From assembly GCA_965203905.1 (NCBI GenBank), contig CBDBDQ010000005.1:3744001-3808000 (forward strand): DNA of 64,000 nucleotides, given 5' to 3'. Both the position numbers and the translations under genes were made by a program. The stretch is from Spirochaetia bacterium (lineage in GTDB: Bacteria > Spirochaetota > Spirochaetia > SZUA-6 > Bin103). Shown one piece after another: positions 41,227-51,142 of this stretch (position 1 is the stretch's first letter; each line of letters begins with the position of its first letter). The notes below the pieces were generated by a model. That model saw only the letters and a program-made list of their open reading frames with translations. It did not search any database and was not told where the DNA came from.

Positions 41227-42216
41227 ATGCTGACCTACATCGCGCGGCGCCTGCTGCTTACCATCCCCACCGTGTTCATCGTCACCGTGATCGTGTTCGT
41301 GATGATCCGGCTGGTTCCCGGCGACGCGGTGGACGCGATGGCCCTGCGGCTGTCGCAGCAGGGGATGGAGATCGACTTGGTGCGGGAGGAGATCGAGGCG
41401 ATGCTCGGGCTCGACGTGCCGGTGCTGACGCAGTACGGGCGCTGGATCGGCATCCTGCCCAACAAGGACGGCGTGATCGACGGCCTGCTGCAGGGCAACC
41501 TGGGCGGCTCCTACTGGCGCGCTTACACCGTCAATCAGGAGATCGCGCGCCGTCTTCCCTCCACCCTGGAGCTGGGCCTGCTGGCGCTTATCGTGTCGCA
41601 GATCATCGCGCTCCCGATCGGCATCTACTCGGCGCTGCGCCAGGACACCATCGGCGACTACATCGGCCGCAGCATCGCGATCATCTTCATCGCGGTGCCC
41701 AGCTTCTGGATCGCCACCATGGTGATCATCTTCCCCGCGCTGTGGTGGGGCTACATGCCGCCGGTGATGAAGAAGCCGTTCTTCGAGGACCCGTTGCGCC
41801 ACCTGCGCGCCTACATCGTGCCCGCCACCGTGCTCGGCATGAGCATGTCGGGCCTGACCATGCGCATGGCGCGCACCATGATGCTGGAGGTGCTGCGCCA
41901 GGACTACATCCGCACCGCCTGGGCCAAGGGCCTGCGGGAACGCGTGGTGATCGTCGGCCATGCCCTCAAGAACGCCCTGATTCCGGTGGTGACCGCCGTC
42001 GGACTCCAGCTTCCGCTGCTGATCGGCGGCACCGTGATCATCGAGACCATCTTCGTGCTGCCCGGCATGGGGTCGCTGATCGTCGACTCCACCACCACGC
42101 GCGATTACCCGATGCTCAGCGGCGCCATGCTGTTCTTCGCTTTCGGTCTGATCCTCATCAATATCCTGGTCGACCTCACCTACGCCTACCTGGACCCGAG
42201 GATCCAGTATGAGTGA
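41227..42216 (+). CDS. Peptide/nickel ABC permease (DppB/OppB)
   Basis: MLTYIARRLL, PGD, DYIRTAWAKGL, HALKNALIP, LDPRI. Confidence 0.93.
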   Translation: MLTYIARRLLLTIPTVFIVTVIVFVMIRLVPGDAVDAMALRLSQQGMEIDLVREEIEAMLGLDVPVLTQYGRWIGILPNKDGVIDGLLQGNLGGSYWRAYTVNQEIARRLPSTLELGLLALIVSQIIALPIGIYSALRQDTIGDYIGRSIAIIFIAVPSFWIATMVIIFPALWWGYMPPVMKKPFFEDPLRHLRAYIVPATVLGMSMSGLTMRMARTMMLEVLRQDYIRTAWAKGLRERVVIVGHALKNALIPVVTAVGLQLPLLIGGTVIIETIFVLPGMGSLIVDSTTTRDYPMLSGAMLFFAFGLILINILVDLTYAYLDPRIQYE

Positions 42217-43222
42217 CCCCGCCTCCTCCCTCGACGGCGCCGGTGCCGGCCAGGGCAGGTCGATCAACTTTCTCCAGCTCCTGCAACGGTTGGTCAAGGA
42301 GAAACCGCTGGGGGCGATCGGCGGGGTGATCACGGTGGTGCTGCTGTTCACCGGGCTGTTCGCCGACGTGCTGGCGCCGTTCGGGATGAACGAGACCGAC
42401 AAGCTGAACTTTCTCGCGCCGCCGTCCGCGCAGTACTGGCTCGGCACCGACCACCTGGGCCGCGACATGCTGAGCCGGATCATCTACGGCGCCCGCGTTT
42501 CGGTCGTGGTGGGGCTCACCTCGTCCGCCATCACCGTGGCCATCGCGGTGTTCATCGGCGTGCTCAGCGGTTACGTCGGCGGGCCGTTCGACCTGATGGT
42601 GCAGCGCGTGGTGGACGCGGTGATGGCGCTGCCGGGGCTGGTGCTGCTGCTGGTGATCATCTCCATGATCGGACCGGGCATGTGGTCGGTGATCGTGACC
42701 CTCGGCGTGCTCGGCGGCATCTCCAGCTCGCGCATCATCAGGAGCGCGGTGATCGGCATCAAGGAGAATGCCTACGTGTCGGCGGCGCAGGCGATCGGCT
42801 GCCGCAGGAGCACCATGTTCCTGCGCCACCTGCTGCCCAACATAATGGCGCCGATCATCATCCTGTTCAGCCTCAACATACCCGGCGTGATCCTGAGCGA
42901 GGCGAGCCTGAGCTTTCTCGGCTTCGGCATTCCGGCGCCGCAGCCGAGCTGGGGCGGGATGCTGGGCGGCAAGGCGCGGCCCTACATGATGTCCGCGCCC
43001 TGGATGGTGCTGTGGCCCGGCATCGCGCTGGCGGTGGTGGTGTTCGGCACCAACATCTTCGGCGACGCGTTGCGCGACCTGCTCGATCCGCGGCTGCGCG
43101 GCGGAGCCGGACGTTACGGAGTGATGGGAATCGGCAAGGCATTGACCAGGTCGGTGCGCGCCAAGCTCGCCGGCAACGGCACGGCAGGCGGCGCGAACAT
43201 CGCGGCGAACAAGGAGGTGTGA
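42209..43222 (+). CDS. Peptide/nickel ABC permease (DppC/OppC)
   Basis: LGTDHLGRD, HLLPN, EASLSFLGFG, GDALRDLLDPR. Confidence 0.93.
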   Translation: MSDPASSLDGAGAGQGRSINFLQLLQRLVKEKPLGAIGGVITVVLLFTGLFADVLAPFGMNETDKLNFLAPPSAQYWLGTDHLGRDMLSRIIYGARVSVVVGLTSSAITVAIAVFIGVLSGYVGGPFDLMVQRVVDAVMALPGLVLLLVIISMIGPGMWSVIVTLGVLGGISSSRIIRSAVIGIKENAYVSAAQAIGCRRSTMFLRHLLPNIMAPIIILFSLNIPGVILSEASLSFLGFGIPAPQPSWGGMLGGKARPYMMSAPWMVLWPGIALAVVVFGTNIFGDALRDLLDPRLRGGAGRYGVMGIGKALTRSVRAKLAGNGTAGGANIAANKEV

Positions 43223-43335
43223 GGAGCTTGAGGGATTAACGAGCAGCACGAATTGGTACCGCGTTCCGGACAGGCTCCGGGACTGACTACGAGAATTACC
43301 GGGTGCAGCGGTGCATCACGGTAACGAGGAGAATC

Positions 43336-45081
43336 ATGCGACAGAAGATTCTATACGTTCTGGCGGCCGCCCTGCTGGTCGTGGCGCTGCCGCTGTTTGC
43401 CAGCGGCGAGGAGGAAGCCACGGCGCCGGCGATGGAAGGGACGTCCGAGCCGCAGTACGGCGGCACGATCACGGTGCTCAACTTCCTGACCGACGCCCTC
43501 GGCGTACCCGATCCGCACTACGGTTCCGGCTCGACCGCGATCAAGAACATGGTCGGCGAGCGGATCCAAGTGGGCGACATACACCAGTACGGCATCCGCG
43601 GGAACAGCGCGTTCGCCTTCACCGACGATGCCGGCCTGCCCCTGCCCTACAAGATGGGCGGCGTGGCCGAGAGCTGGGAAGTCACTTCCGACAAGCTGAT
43701 CCTGAAGGTGCGCGACGGCATCATGTGGTCCGGCAAGACCATCAACGACGTGATGGAGCCGCGCGAGGTTACCGCCGAGGACATCGCCTTCACCTACCGC
43801 CGCTGGTTCGACGAAGCGACCGGCCGCGGCGGCTACATCCGTGGCCTCGACTGGATCAAGAAACCGGAGGTGGAAGCCGTCTACGCCCTGGACGAGGACA
43901 CGGTGGTGTTCGAGACCAACTACTACAACGGCAACTGGGACGGCACCCTGCAGGGCGGCGGCGGCCAGCTCTACGCTCCGGAGAGCTACGCGGCCAGCGA
44001 GCCGGACAAGCTCATCTGGGAGAACATGATCGGCACCGGCCCGTTCGTGGTGAAGGAGTACGTGCCCGGTTCGCACCTCACGCTCGGCGCCAATGAGCTC
44101 TACTGGCAGAAGGCGATCATCGACGGCAAGGAGTACCGTACGCCGTTCGTGGACGAGTACGTGATGCCGATGATCAAGGACGAGACCACCGCGGTGGCGG
44201 CGCTGCAGACGGCCACGGCGGACGCCTACCTGCGGGTGACGCCGCCGCACGTGCCGGCCCTCGAAAGGGCGTTCCCGGATCTGCAGTCACGCAAGTCGGG
44301 GGCGGGGCTCGCCAACGTGATCGCGTTCGATGTCAGCAAGTCGCCGTTCGACAACCGCGACGTGCGGCGGGCGCTGATGATCGGCACCGACCGGAGCGCC
44401 GTCAACGGCATGCTGATGGAACCGGATCTGGAGTACAACATGCATCCGTTCGCCGCCGGCTGGGAAGGCTGGGTGCCCGTGGACGAGATGCCCGAGTCGA
44501 CCCGGATGCTGTTCACCTACGATCCGGAGCTGGCCAAGCAGATGCTGGCCGATGCCGGCTACCCGAATGGCTTCGAGATCGACGTGCTGGCGATGAACGT
44601 GTACCAGAATGACGACATCGCGGAGATCGTCGCCGACCAGTGGCAGGACCTGGGCGTGACGATGAACATCACCGTCAAGGACGGCGCCGCGGTGAACAAG
44701 GAAGTGCGGCCGCCGGCGCACATGGAGTACGACGCCGTGGCCTGGGTGATGGTGACCCACACCCCGATCCTGTTCGCCCACACCTACTATGGCACCAAGG
44801 GCCCGCGCAACGCCGGCTACTACCGCTCGGAGTACTTCGACGAGCGCATGCTGGGCGCGATCCGCGAGCAGGATGACGCCAAGCGCGTGCAGATGCTCAC
44901 CGAGGCCAACCTGCGGCAGCAGGACGACGTGGCCGCGATCCCCTTCGCGTTCCCGTCCTGGCGCACCTTCTGGTGGCCCTGGGTGAAGAACATCTACGGC
45001 GAGGTGTGGTACCACATCCACACCCCGGACGCCCACAACTGGTGGCTCGACCAGGCTCTGAAAGAGGAGATGGGCCACTAG
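43336..45081 (+). CDS. ABC transporter substrate-binding protein (family 5)
   Basis: GAGGAG SD; signal peptide LFASGEEE; PQYGG, VTAEDIAFT, GTGPF, PFDNRDVRRAL. Confidence 0.92.
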   Translation: MRQKILYVLAAALLVVALPLFASGEEEATAPAMEGTSEPQYGGTITVLNFLTDALGVPDPHYGSGSTAIKNMVGERIQVGDIHQYGIRGNSAFAFTDDAGLPLPYKMGGVAESWEVTSDKLILKVRDGIMWSGKTINDVMEPREVTAEDIAFTYRRWFDEATGRGGYIRGLDWIKKPEVEAVYALDEDTVVFETNYYNGNWDGTLQGGGGQLYAPESYAASEPDKLIWENMIGTGPFVVKEYVPGSHLTLGANELYWQKAIIDGKEYRTPFVDEYVMPMIKDETTAVAALQTATADAYLRVTPPHVPALERAFPDLQSRKSGAGLANVIAFDVSKSPFDNRDVRRALMIGTDRSAVNGMLMEPDLEYNMHPFAAGWEGWVPVDEMPESTRMLFTYDPELAKQMLADAGYPNGFEIDVLAMNVYQNDDIAEIVADQWQDLGVTMNITVKDGAAVNKEVRPPAHMEYDAVAWVMVTHTPILFAHTYYGTKGPRNAGYYRSEYFDERMLGAIREQDDAKRVQMLTEANLRQQDDVAAIPFAFPSWRTFWWPWVKNIYGEVWYHIHTPDAHNWWLDQALKEEMGH

Positions 45082-45126
45082 AGTTCACCGGAGAGGACCG
45101 GCTGACGCCGGTATCATCCCGAGTCG

Positions 45127-45164
45127 AGGGGAGATGGGACGACAGGTCTCGTCTCCCCTTTTTT
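45127..45164 (+). terminator. Rho-independent terminator
   Basis: AGGGGAGATGGGAC-gacag-GTCTCGTCTCCCCT stem (with G-U pairs) followed by a T tract. Confidence 0.8.
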
Positions 45165-45191
45165 GCTGTCGAGGACCAAGAGGAGCTGATC

Positions 45192-46319
45192 ATGCCGCAT
45201 TCCGTCGGTCGCACCGTGATCCTGCACAAGGACGATTTCGCCTACAACTCGCACCCTTCGATCGCCGTGCTGGACAACGGCGAGTGGCTGGCGGTGTTCG
45301 GCAACTCGCGGCGCCGGGAGCCGAAGGAGCACCCGCCCGGCGACCCGCTGTTCCGCAACCTGCTGGTGCGCACCGCCGATCGCGGAGCCACCTGGAGCGA
45401 GCCTGCCTTCGTCCCCGACTTCGACTGGTACGGGGTGGAGTGCCCCGGCATCGCGCAGCTCGCGAACGGCACGGTGGTGCTCACCCAGTTCCGCTTCGGC
45501 TGGTACCCGCTGGGACTGGCCCGGCAGCGCCGGGCCGCGGGCGAGCCGATCTACCTGTCGCTGCCGGGGCGCGAGCACGGCGGCTGGACCGAGGACTTCA
45601 CCGACGCCGACTGGGAGCGCTCGCAGCGCACCTGGGCGCGCGGCTACCACGGGCTCTACGCCCATCTCAGCGCGGACCGCGGCCACACCTTCGACACGGT
45701 CAAGATCGACTGTGCGCCCTACCGCGACGGCTATACCCGTACCGGGGTGGTGGAGCTGGCAGACGGACGGGTGGCCTACGCGGTCACCGAGCACCATCCG
45801 CCGCTGCCGAAGGGGGACACGTTCCTGGTCACCTCCGGCAACGGCGGCCGCGACTGGGACGCGCCCGTGCTGATGGTGCCGTCGCCCGAGCAGGATTACG
45901 GCGAGCCCGACCTGGCGGAGGTGTCCGCGGGCGAGATCTACTGCATCCTGCGTACCGACTCGCGCGGCGGTTACCTGGAAAGCTGCCGCTCGCTGGACGG
46001 CGGCGCCACCTGGAGCGCGCCGGAGCTCACGCCGATGTACGGTGGGCCGGGCCAGCTGCTGAACCTCCAGGACGGCCGCCTGCTGTGCACCTACGGCCGG
46101 CGCAAGGCGCCGTTCGGGGTCCGCGCCAGCCTGTCGGAGGACGGCGGCCGCACCTGGGACCTGGAGCGGGAGATCGTGATCCGCGCCGACCTGCCCAACG
46201 GCGACCTGGGCTACCCGACCACCATCGAGTACGCCCCCGGCGAGCTGTTCTGCTGCTACTACGGCCAGGAGCCGGATGGAGTGACCTGCATCCAGGGCAC
46301 CTACATCACCGTGGCCTGA
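45192..46319 (+). CDS. BNR/Asp-box (sialidase-like) protein
   Basis: Asp-boxes TADRGATW, SADRGHTF, SGNGGRDW, SLDGGATW, SEDGGRTW; DLGYP. Confidence 0.88.
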   Translation: MPHSVGRTVILHKDDFAYNSHPSIAVLDNGEWLAVFGNSRRREPKEHPPGDPLFRNLLVRTADRGATWSEPAFVPDFDWYGVECPGIAQLANGTVVLTQFRFGWYPLGLARQRRAAGEPIYLSLPGREHGGWTEDFTDADWERSQRTWARGYHGLYAHLSADRGHTFDTVKIDCAPYRDGYTRTGVVELADGRVAYAVTEHHPPLPKGDTFLVTSGNGGRDWDAPVLMVPSPEQDYGEPDLAEVSAGEIYCILRTDSRGGYLESCRSLDGGATWSAPELTPMYGGPGQLLNLQDGRLLCTYGRRKAPFGVRASLSEDGGRTWDLEREIVIRADLPNGDLGYPTTIEYAPGELFCCYYGQEPDGVTCIQGTYITVA

Positions 46320-46352
46320 ACACCGCACCCGGTGCGCCAGCGGCACCGTGCC

Positions 46353-47561
46353 TCATGTCACCGAGTCTCGCGGTGCTGAGCGCTGCTGGCGCAGGTGGCG
46401 GTAACGGTGGTGAGCTGCACAGCGCAAGACCAGGTTGCCCGGCTCCGCAGCGCCGCCCACCGCGACTGGAACGATGTGGTCCATTTCGAGGAAGAAGCGC
46501 GAGCCGCAGCGCCGCCCGCTATCCCGGTCGACGAAGGTGCAGCAGCCCTGGTCGCGCCGCCAAACCTCTCGTTTCACCGCAGCCGGAATCGATCTGCCCG
46601 ACGATCCGCGGGACTTCTCCACCGAAGGAAGCTCCCCTGCGCCGGCCCTCCGCTCCGTTGTCGAGCTGCCGGCTGCCACGCGGGACTTCGCCGCTGAAGT
46701 CGGCTTCGTCGATCCTGCACCGTCGGTGCTCCGCTCCGGAGTCGAACGGGCCACTGCCACGCGCGGCTTCGCTGCCGAAGTCGGCTCTGTTGCCGCCGCG
46801 CCGCCGGCGGTGCGGCCGCGATCTGCCGGCGGCGCAGCGCGCTTCGGCGCCGAAGTGCGGTCTGCAGCCGGCTTCGCGGACCGCTTCGGTGCGGACGGAG
46901 ACGTCGTCGGCGCCGCCGACTGCTCGGCCCGGCGCGGGTTCACCACCGCAGCCGCAACGCAATCTGCCTTCTCCCTTCCCGCTGTCTCCGCGGAACACTC
47001 GTCACCGGCAGGATCGGACTTCCTCCGCTTGCGGCGCGGAGGCCGGCTCGGGTCGTAGCGCTCCAGTCCCTCCCGCACCAGCCGCCCCACGAGTTGTCCG
47101 ACCGTCAGGTGCGGATCGACGTGCGACAGCAGCTCCCGCAACTGCTGCAGTCCCTGCTGGCACTCGGCGTCGATCACCGCCTTCAGCTCCCAGCGCCCGT
47201 CCCCCAGCGCGCGCAGCCGGTCGCCGGGCACCGCCGCCTCGGGATCCACCTCGGCCAGCATCTGCTGCACCTGCCGGGTGCTCTTGCCCACCGCCTGCTC
47301 CACCAGCCGCTGCCGGGCGTGTGCATCCAGCACCGGCGATGGCGCACTCTCCGCCTCGCCCGGCGTCGCGGATGGAGCCGAGCCGACACGCGGCGCGGCG
47401 CTGGTGCCGGCTCCCGGCGATCCGGTGGCGGCCCGTCCGCCTGCGCTGCGGTCCCAGCGCTCGAAGGAGTTCTGCAACAGGGCCGCGTTGCTCAGGTTCA
47501 GCGAGCCGTCCTGCAGCCACTCGCGGACGCCGCGGGTCTCGCGGCACAGGCGCATGGCCAT
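46353..47561 (-). CDS. DUF222-like/HNH endonuclease (copy 2), lacking the first ~80 aa
   Basis: Begins at AMRLC; same core and HNH motif (LEMDHIVP...NLVLRCAAHH) as 5735-7336. Confidence 0.85.
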   Translation of the reverse strand: MAMRLCRETRGVREWLQDGSLNLSNAALLQNSFERWDRSAGGRAATGSPGAGTSAAPRVGSAPSATPGEAESAPSPVLDAHARQRLVEQAVGKSTRQVQQMLAEVDPEAAVPGDRLRALGDGRWELKAVIDAECQQGLQQLRELLSHVDPHLTVGQLVGRLVREGLERYDPSRPPRRKRRKSDPAGDECSAETAGREKADCVAAAVVNPRRAEQSAAPTTSPSAPKRSAKPAADRTSAPKRAAPPADRGRTAGGAAATEPTSAAKPRVAVARSTPERSTDGAGSTKPTSAAKSRVAAGSSTTERRAGAGELPSVEKSRGSSGRSIPAAVKREVWRRDQGCCTFVDRDSGRRCGSRFFLEMDHIVPVAVGGAAEPGNLVLRCAAHHRYRHLRQQRSAPRDSVT

Positions 47562-47770
47562 ACCACTGGATTGAAAATGCCTCGAACTTCCAGGTCTCGG
47601 ACAGGCGTCGGAGATGGCTCAGGACGGGCGTAGCAGGGCGCTATCGAGCCAGCGGGCGCGAAGTGTTCTCTGGAGGAGTCGAAGCGCCGCTACGGCCCGT
47701 AGAGGGCCGTCATGAGCGCGTCAGAATGCGGCAAGCGTTTTCTTGCGAATTTCTGGGATTTTTTTTGGAT
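47562..47770 (-). other. Conserved non-coding upstream region of HNH copy 2
   Basis: Colinear with 7337-7545; hairpin ACGGCCC-tctac-GGGCCGT. Confidence 0.55.
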
Positions 47771-48024
47771 CGTCAGCCGGCAGCACCGGCCGGGACATCT
47801 GCCGCATGCTCCTGTCTTGGACCAGCACAGCCTACTAGGGTGCATTCCTTCTCTGGGGCACCTGCGGCATCTGTGGTACGGGATATAGAGACCCTCCCAG
47901 AGATTCGATGATGTGGCAGCTCGAGGCTGCCTGACCGCTACCACACTGACCGAATGCACCCGGGGGTGCCGGTGCGCCCGGCGTGTGGTCAAGGGGCCGC
48001 GCACCCGGTAACATTGCGGACAGC

Positions 48025-49206
48025 GTGAACGAAACGAGCGTCACCGGGTTCGAGAGCATCGTGAAGCGGATCGGCGACCTGCCGGAGGCGTTGCACGGGC
48101 TGCAGGACGTCCTGCTGGCCAACCTGGCGATGATCGCCGAGATCCCGGCGCCCACCTTCGACGAGGGCGTGCGCGCCGCGTTCGTGCAGGAGCGGTTCGC
48201 GGAGCTGGGGTACTCCGACTGCTCCATCGACGAGGTGGGCAACGTCGCCGGCGTCCTGTCCGGCAGCGAGAATGGCGACGGCCGCAACATCCTGCTGGTG
48301 GCGCATACGGACACGCCGGTCGCGGCCACCGTGGACCACACCGTGGTGGTGCAGCCCGACCGCGTGACCGGGCCCTCGGTGGCGGACAACGCCCTGGGCC
48401 TGGCGGCGGTGGCGGCCATGCCCGCGGTGCTGGAGCGGCTCGGCCTGAGCCTGCGTTCCACCGTGCTGGGGCTGGCCTGCAGCCGCGGGCTGGGCCGCGG
48501 CAACCTGGAGGGGGTGCGCTTCTTCCTGGACCACGCCAAGCTGCCGCTGCAGTTCGGGCTCTGCGTGGAAGGGGTGCAGCTCGGGCGCCTCAGCTACACC
48601 TCGATCGGCATGATCCGCGGCGAGATCGCCTGCGAGGTGCCTGACGAGTACGACTGGACCCGGTTCGGCGCCGGCGGTGCCATCTCCACCCTCAACGACA
48701 TCATCAGCCGCATGCTGGAAATCCCCACGCCCGACCGGCCGCGCACCACCATCGTGCTGGGCCGCATCGAGGGCGGCACCTCGGCGAGCACCATCGCCAA
48801 CCGTGCCGCGCTACAGTTCGAGGTGCGCAGCGAGTCGGGCGCCATCGTGCGCCAACTGCTGGAGGCCATCTCGGAGATCATCGACGAGGTCTCGTCGCAG
48901 ACCGGCGCCGACATCCGCATGACCGTATTCGCCCGCCGGCGACCCGGCGGCATCGCCTTCACCCACCCGCTGGTGCGCCGCACGCGGCGGCTGATGCGGA
49001 GCCTGTCGCTGACGCCGCGGCTGTCCCCCAGCACTTCCGAGCTGTCGGCGTTCATCGACAACCGGGTGCCGGCGGTGACCGTGGGCCTGAGTTCCGGGGA
49101 GTCCCTGGGGCACCGCAACGAGACGGTGCGCATCGCACCGATCTACACCGGCCTGGCCCAGCTCCTGGGCATCATGCTGGCCATGGACGGCGGCTACTGC
49201 GAATGA
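48025..49206 (+). CDS. M20/M25/M40 family metallopeptidase-like protein
   Basis: IPAPTFDE, DEVGNV, AHTDT, ADN, GRIEGG dimerisation domain; the EE motif appears lost. Confidence 0.8.
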   Translation: MNETSVTGFESIVKRIGDLPEALHGLQDVLLANLAMIAEIPAPTFDEGVRAAFVQERFAELGYSDCSIDEVGNVAGVLSGSENGDGRNILLVAHTDTPVAATVDHTVVVQPDRVTGPSVADNALGLAAVAAMPAVLERLGLSLRSTVLGLACSRGLGRGNLEGVRFFLDHAKLPLQFGLCVEGVQLGRLSYTSIGMIRGEIACEVPDEYDWTRFGAGGAISTLNDIISRMLEIPTPDRPRTTIVLGRIEGGTSASTIANRAALQFEVRSESGAIVRQLLEAISEIIDEVSSQTGADIRMTVFARRRPGGIAFTHPLVRRTRRLMRSLSLTPRLSPSTSELSAFIDNRVPAVTVGLSSGESLGHRNETVRIAPIYTGLAQLLGIMLAMDGGYCE

Positions 49207-50177
49207 ACTGGCTGGCGAGCAACACCTTCCATCACAGCCAGTTCGACCTCGCCGAGCTGGAGCGGCGCAAGCGCGAATCCGGCGCGAAGATTTCGCTGTG
49301 CATTCCTACCCTCAACGAGGAACGCACCATCGGCAAGGAGATCGTGGTGCTCAAGTCTGAGCTGATGGAACGCCACCGGCTGCTCGACGAGTTGGCCGTG
49401 ATCGACTCCGGCTCAGAAGACAACACCCGCGAGGTGGCGCGCGCGTTCGGCGCCGACGTGTATTCGGCCGCCGAGGTCCTGCCCGAATGCGGCGATCACC
49501 GCGGCAAGGGCGAGAACCTGTGGAAGGCAATCTACCAGTTGGCCGGCGACATCATCGTCTACGTCGACGCCGACATCCGCAACATCCACCCGCGCTTCGT
49601 ATACGGCCTGCTCGGGCCGCTGCTGAACCGGCCCGAGGTCTCCTATGTCAAGGCGTTCTACGACCGGCCGCTGGCGGAATCGGGACGTCTGCGTCCCTCG
49701 GGCGGCGGGCGCGTCACCGAGATCCTGATCCGTCCCCTGTTCTCCCTGTTCTTTCCGGAGCTGTCGGCGCTGATCCAGCCGCTGTCAGGGGAGTACGCGG
49801 TGCGCCGCGAGGTGCTGGAGCAGATTCCGTTTCCGGTCGGCTACGGCGTGGAGACCTCGCACCTCATCGACGTCTACCACCGCTGGGGCATGAGCGCCTT
49901 CGCCCAGACCGACCTGGACCGCCGCATCCACACCAACCAGTCGACCGCCGCGCTCGGGCGCATGGCGTTCGGCATCCTGCAGACCTTCTTGCAGCGGATC
50001 GACTCCCTGGAGATCATCCGCGACCTGCCCGAACTGAACGTCACCCTGAACCAGTTCATGGCCGACCAGGGCCGCTACGAGGAACTGGTCCACGAGATCC
50101 GCGTGCTTGAGCGCCCGCCGATGATCGAAATCCCCGCCTACCGAAAAAAACAAGGCATCGACGGCACGGGCGCATAG
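49203..50177 (+). CDS. gpgS: Glucosyl-3-phosphoglycerate synthase (GT81)
   Basis: PTLNEERTIG, DSGSED, GKGENLW, DAD, GGGRVTE, QPLSGEYA, GYGVE. Confidence 0.9.
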   Translation: MNWLASNTFHHSQFDLAELERRKRESGAKISLCIPTLNEERTIGKEIVVLKSELMERHRLLDELAVIDSGSEDNTREVARAFGADVYSAAEVLPECGDHRGKGENLWKAIYQLAGDIIVYVDADIRNIHPRFVYGLLGPLLNRPEVSYVKAFYDRPLAESGRLRPSGGGRVTEILIRPLFSLFFPELSALIQPLSGEYAVRREVLEQIPFPVGYGVETSHLIDVYHRWGMSAFAQTDLDRRIHTNQSTAALGRMAFGILQTFLQRIDSLEIIRDLPELNVTLNQFMADQGRYEELVHEIRVLERPPMIEIPAYRKKQGIDGTGA

Positions 50178-50198
50178 CCGGGGGGCCGGCGCGATCGT

Positions 50199-51065
50199 TC
50201 AGGAGTTGGCCGGGACGTTGGCGGACTCGACGATCCGCACCCACTCCTCGGCCGAGCGGCAGACCGAATCCGGGTCGCGGCGGCTGCGGGCGATGAATCC
50301 CGGAACCGCCTGCCGGCCGGTGGGCAGGTCCGGGTGCGAGTAGCGCAGGTCGAGGCTCCAGCGGATGTGGTCGGAGACGTTGGGCAGCGAGCGGTGCATG
50401 GTCTTGTGCTGGATCAGCAGCACACCGCCGACGGGAACCGGGCACAGGACCTGGTCGCCGTCGGGAAGCTGCTCGTCGACGACGCCCTTGAAGTTGCCCC
50501 CCGGTCCCATCCCCTCCTCGTGCGCGAGCAGCGGCGCGCGGTGACTGCCGGCGATCACCTCCATGCAGCCGTTCTCGCGGGTGGCGTCGACCAGCGGGAT
50601 CCAGAAGTTGACCATGAAGGTCTCCGCTGCATCGGGCTGCAGGTAGCCGAGGTCCTGGTGCCACGGCACGACTCCCTCGTCCTCGAACGGCCGCTTGGCG
50701 CGGACGTTGAACTGGGGATGGGCCAGGATCTCCGGCCCGATCACCGACTCGCAGATGTCGAGCAGGGAGGGGCAGGAATAGATCCGGAACATGCCCGGCG
50801 TGCGCTGCTTGCCGGCGCCCAGGATCAGCAGGGGGGCCGGGTCGTCGAGCTGCAATGCCAGCAGGTGCAGCCGGCGCTCCAGCGGTTGGTCCGCGTGGGT
50901 GTCGGACAGGCGGCCGTCGGCCAGCGCGGCGCGGGCGAAGGCGTCGACGTTGCGGTCGAGTTCGGCGCGAAGCGGCCGGAACACCACAGGGTCGATGGCG
51001 TCGTCGACGAGGAGGTAGCCCTCCTCGCGGAAGAAGGCGAGTTGCTGCTGGGTCAGTCCGGACAT
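50199..51065 (-). CDS. Phytanoyl-CoA dioxygenase (PhyH) family
   Basis: FFREEGYL, PWHQD, WIPLVDATRENGCM, HRSLPN. Confidence 0.9.
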   Translation of the reverse strand: MSGLTQQQLAFFREEGYLLVDDAIDPVVFRPLRAELDRNVDAFARAALADGRLSDTHADQPLERRLHLLALQLDDPAPLLILGAGKQRTPGMFRIYSCPSLLDICESVIGPEILAHPQFNVRAKRPFEDEGVVPWHQDLGYLQPDAAETFMVNFWIPLVDATRENGCMEVIAGSHRAPLLAHEEGMGPGGNFKGVVDEQLPDGDQVLCPVPVGGVLLIQHKTMHRSLPNVSDHIRWSLDLRYSHPDLPTGRQAVPGFIARSRRDPDSVCRSAEEWVRIVESANVPANS

Positions 51066-51142
51066 GTGCGGTTCCTCCGGTCGGGCCGGTCCAGTCTACC
51101 CGTAATCGGGCGTCGTGGCGCACCCCGCGTCAAACAGCTCCG

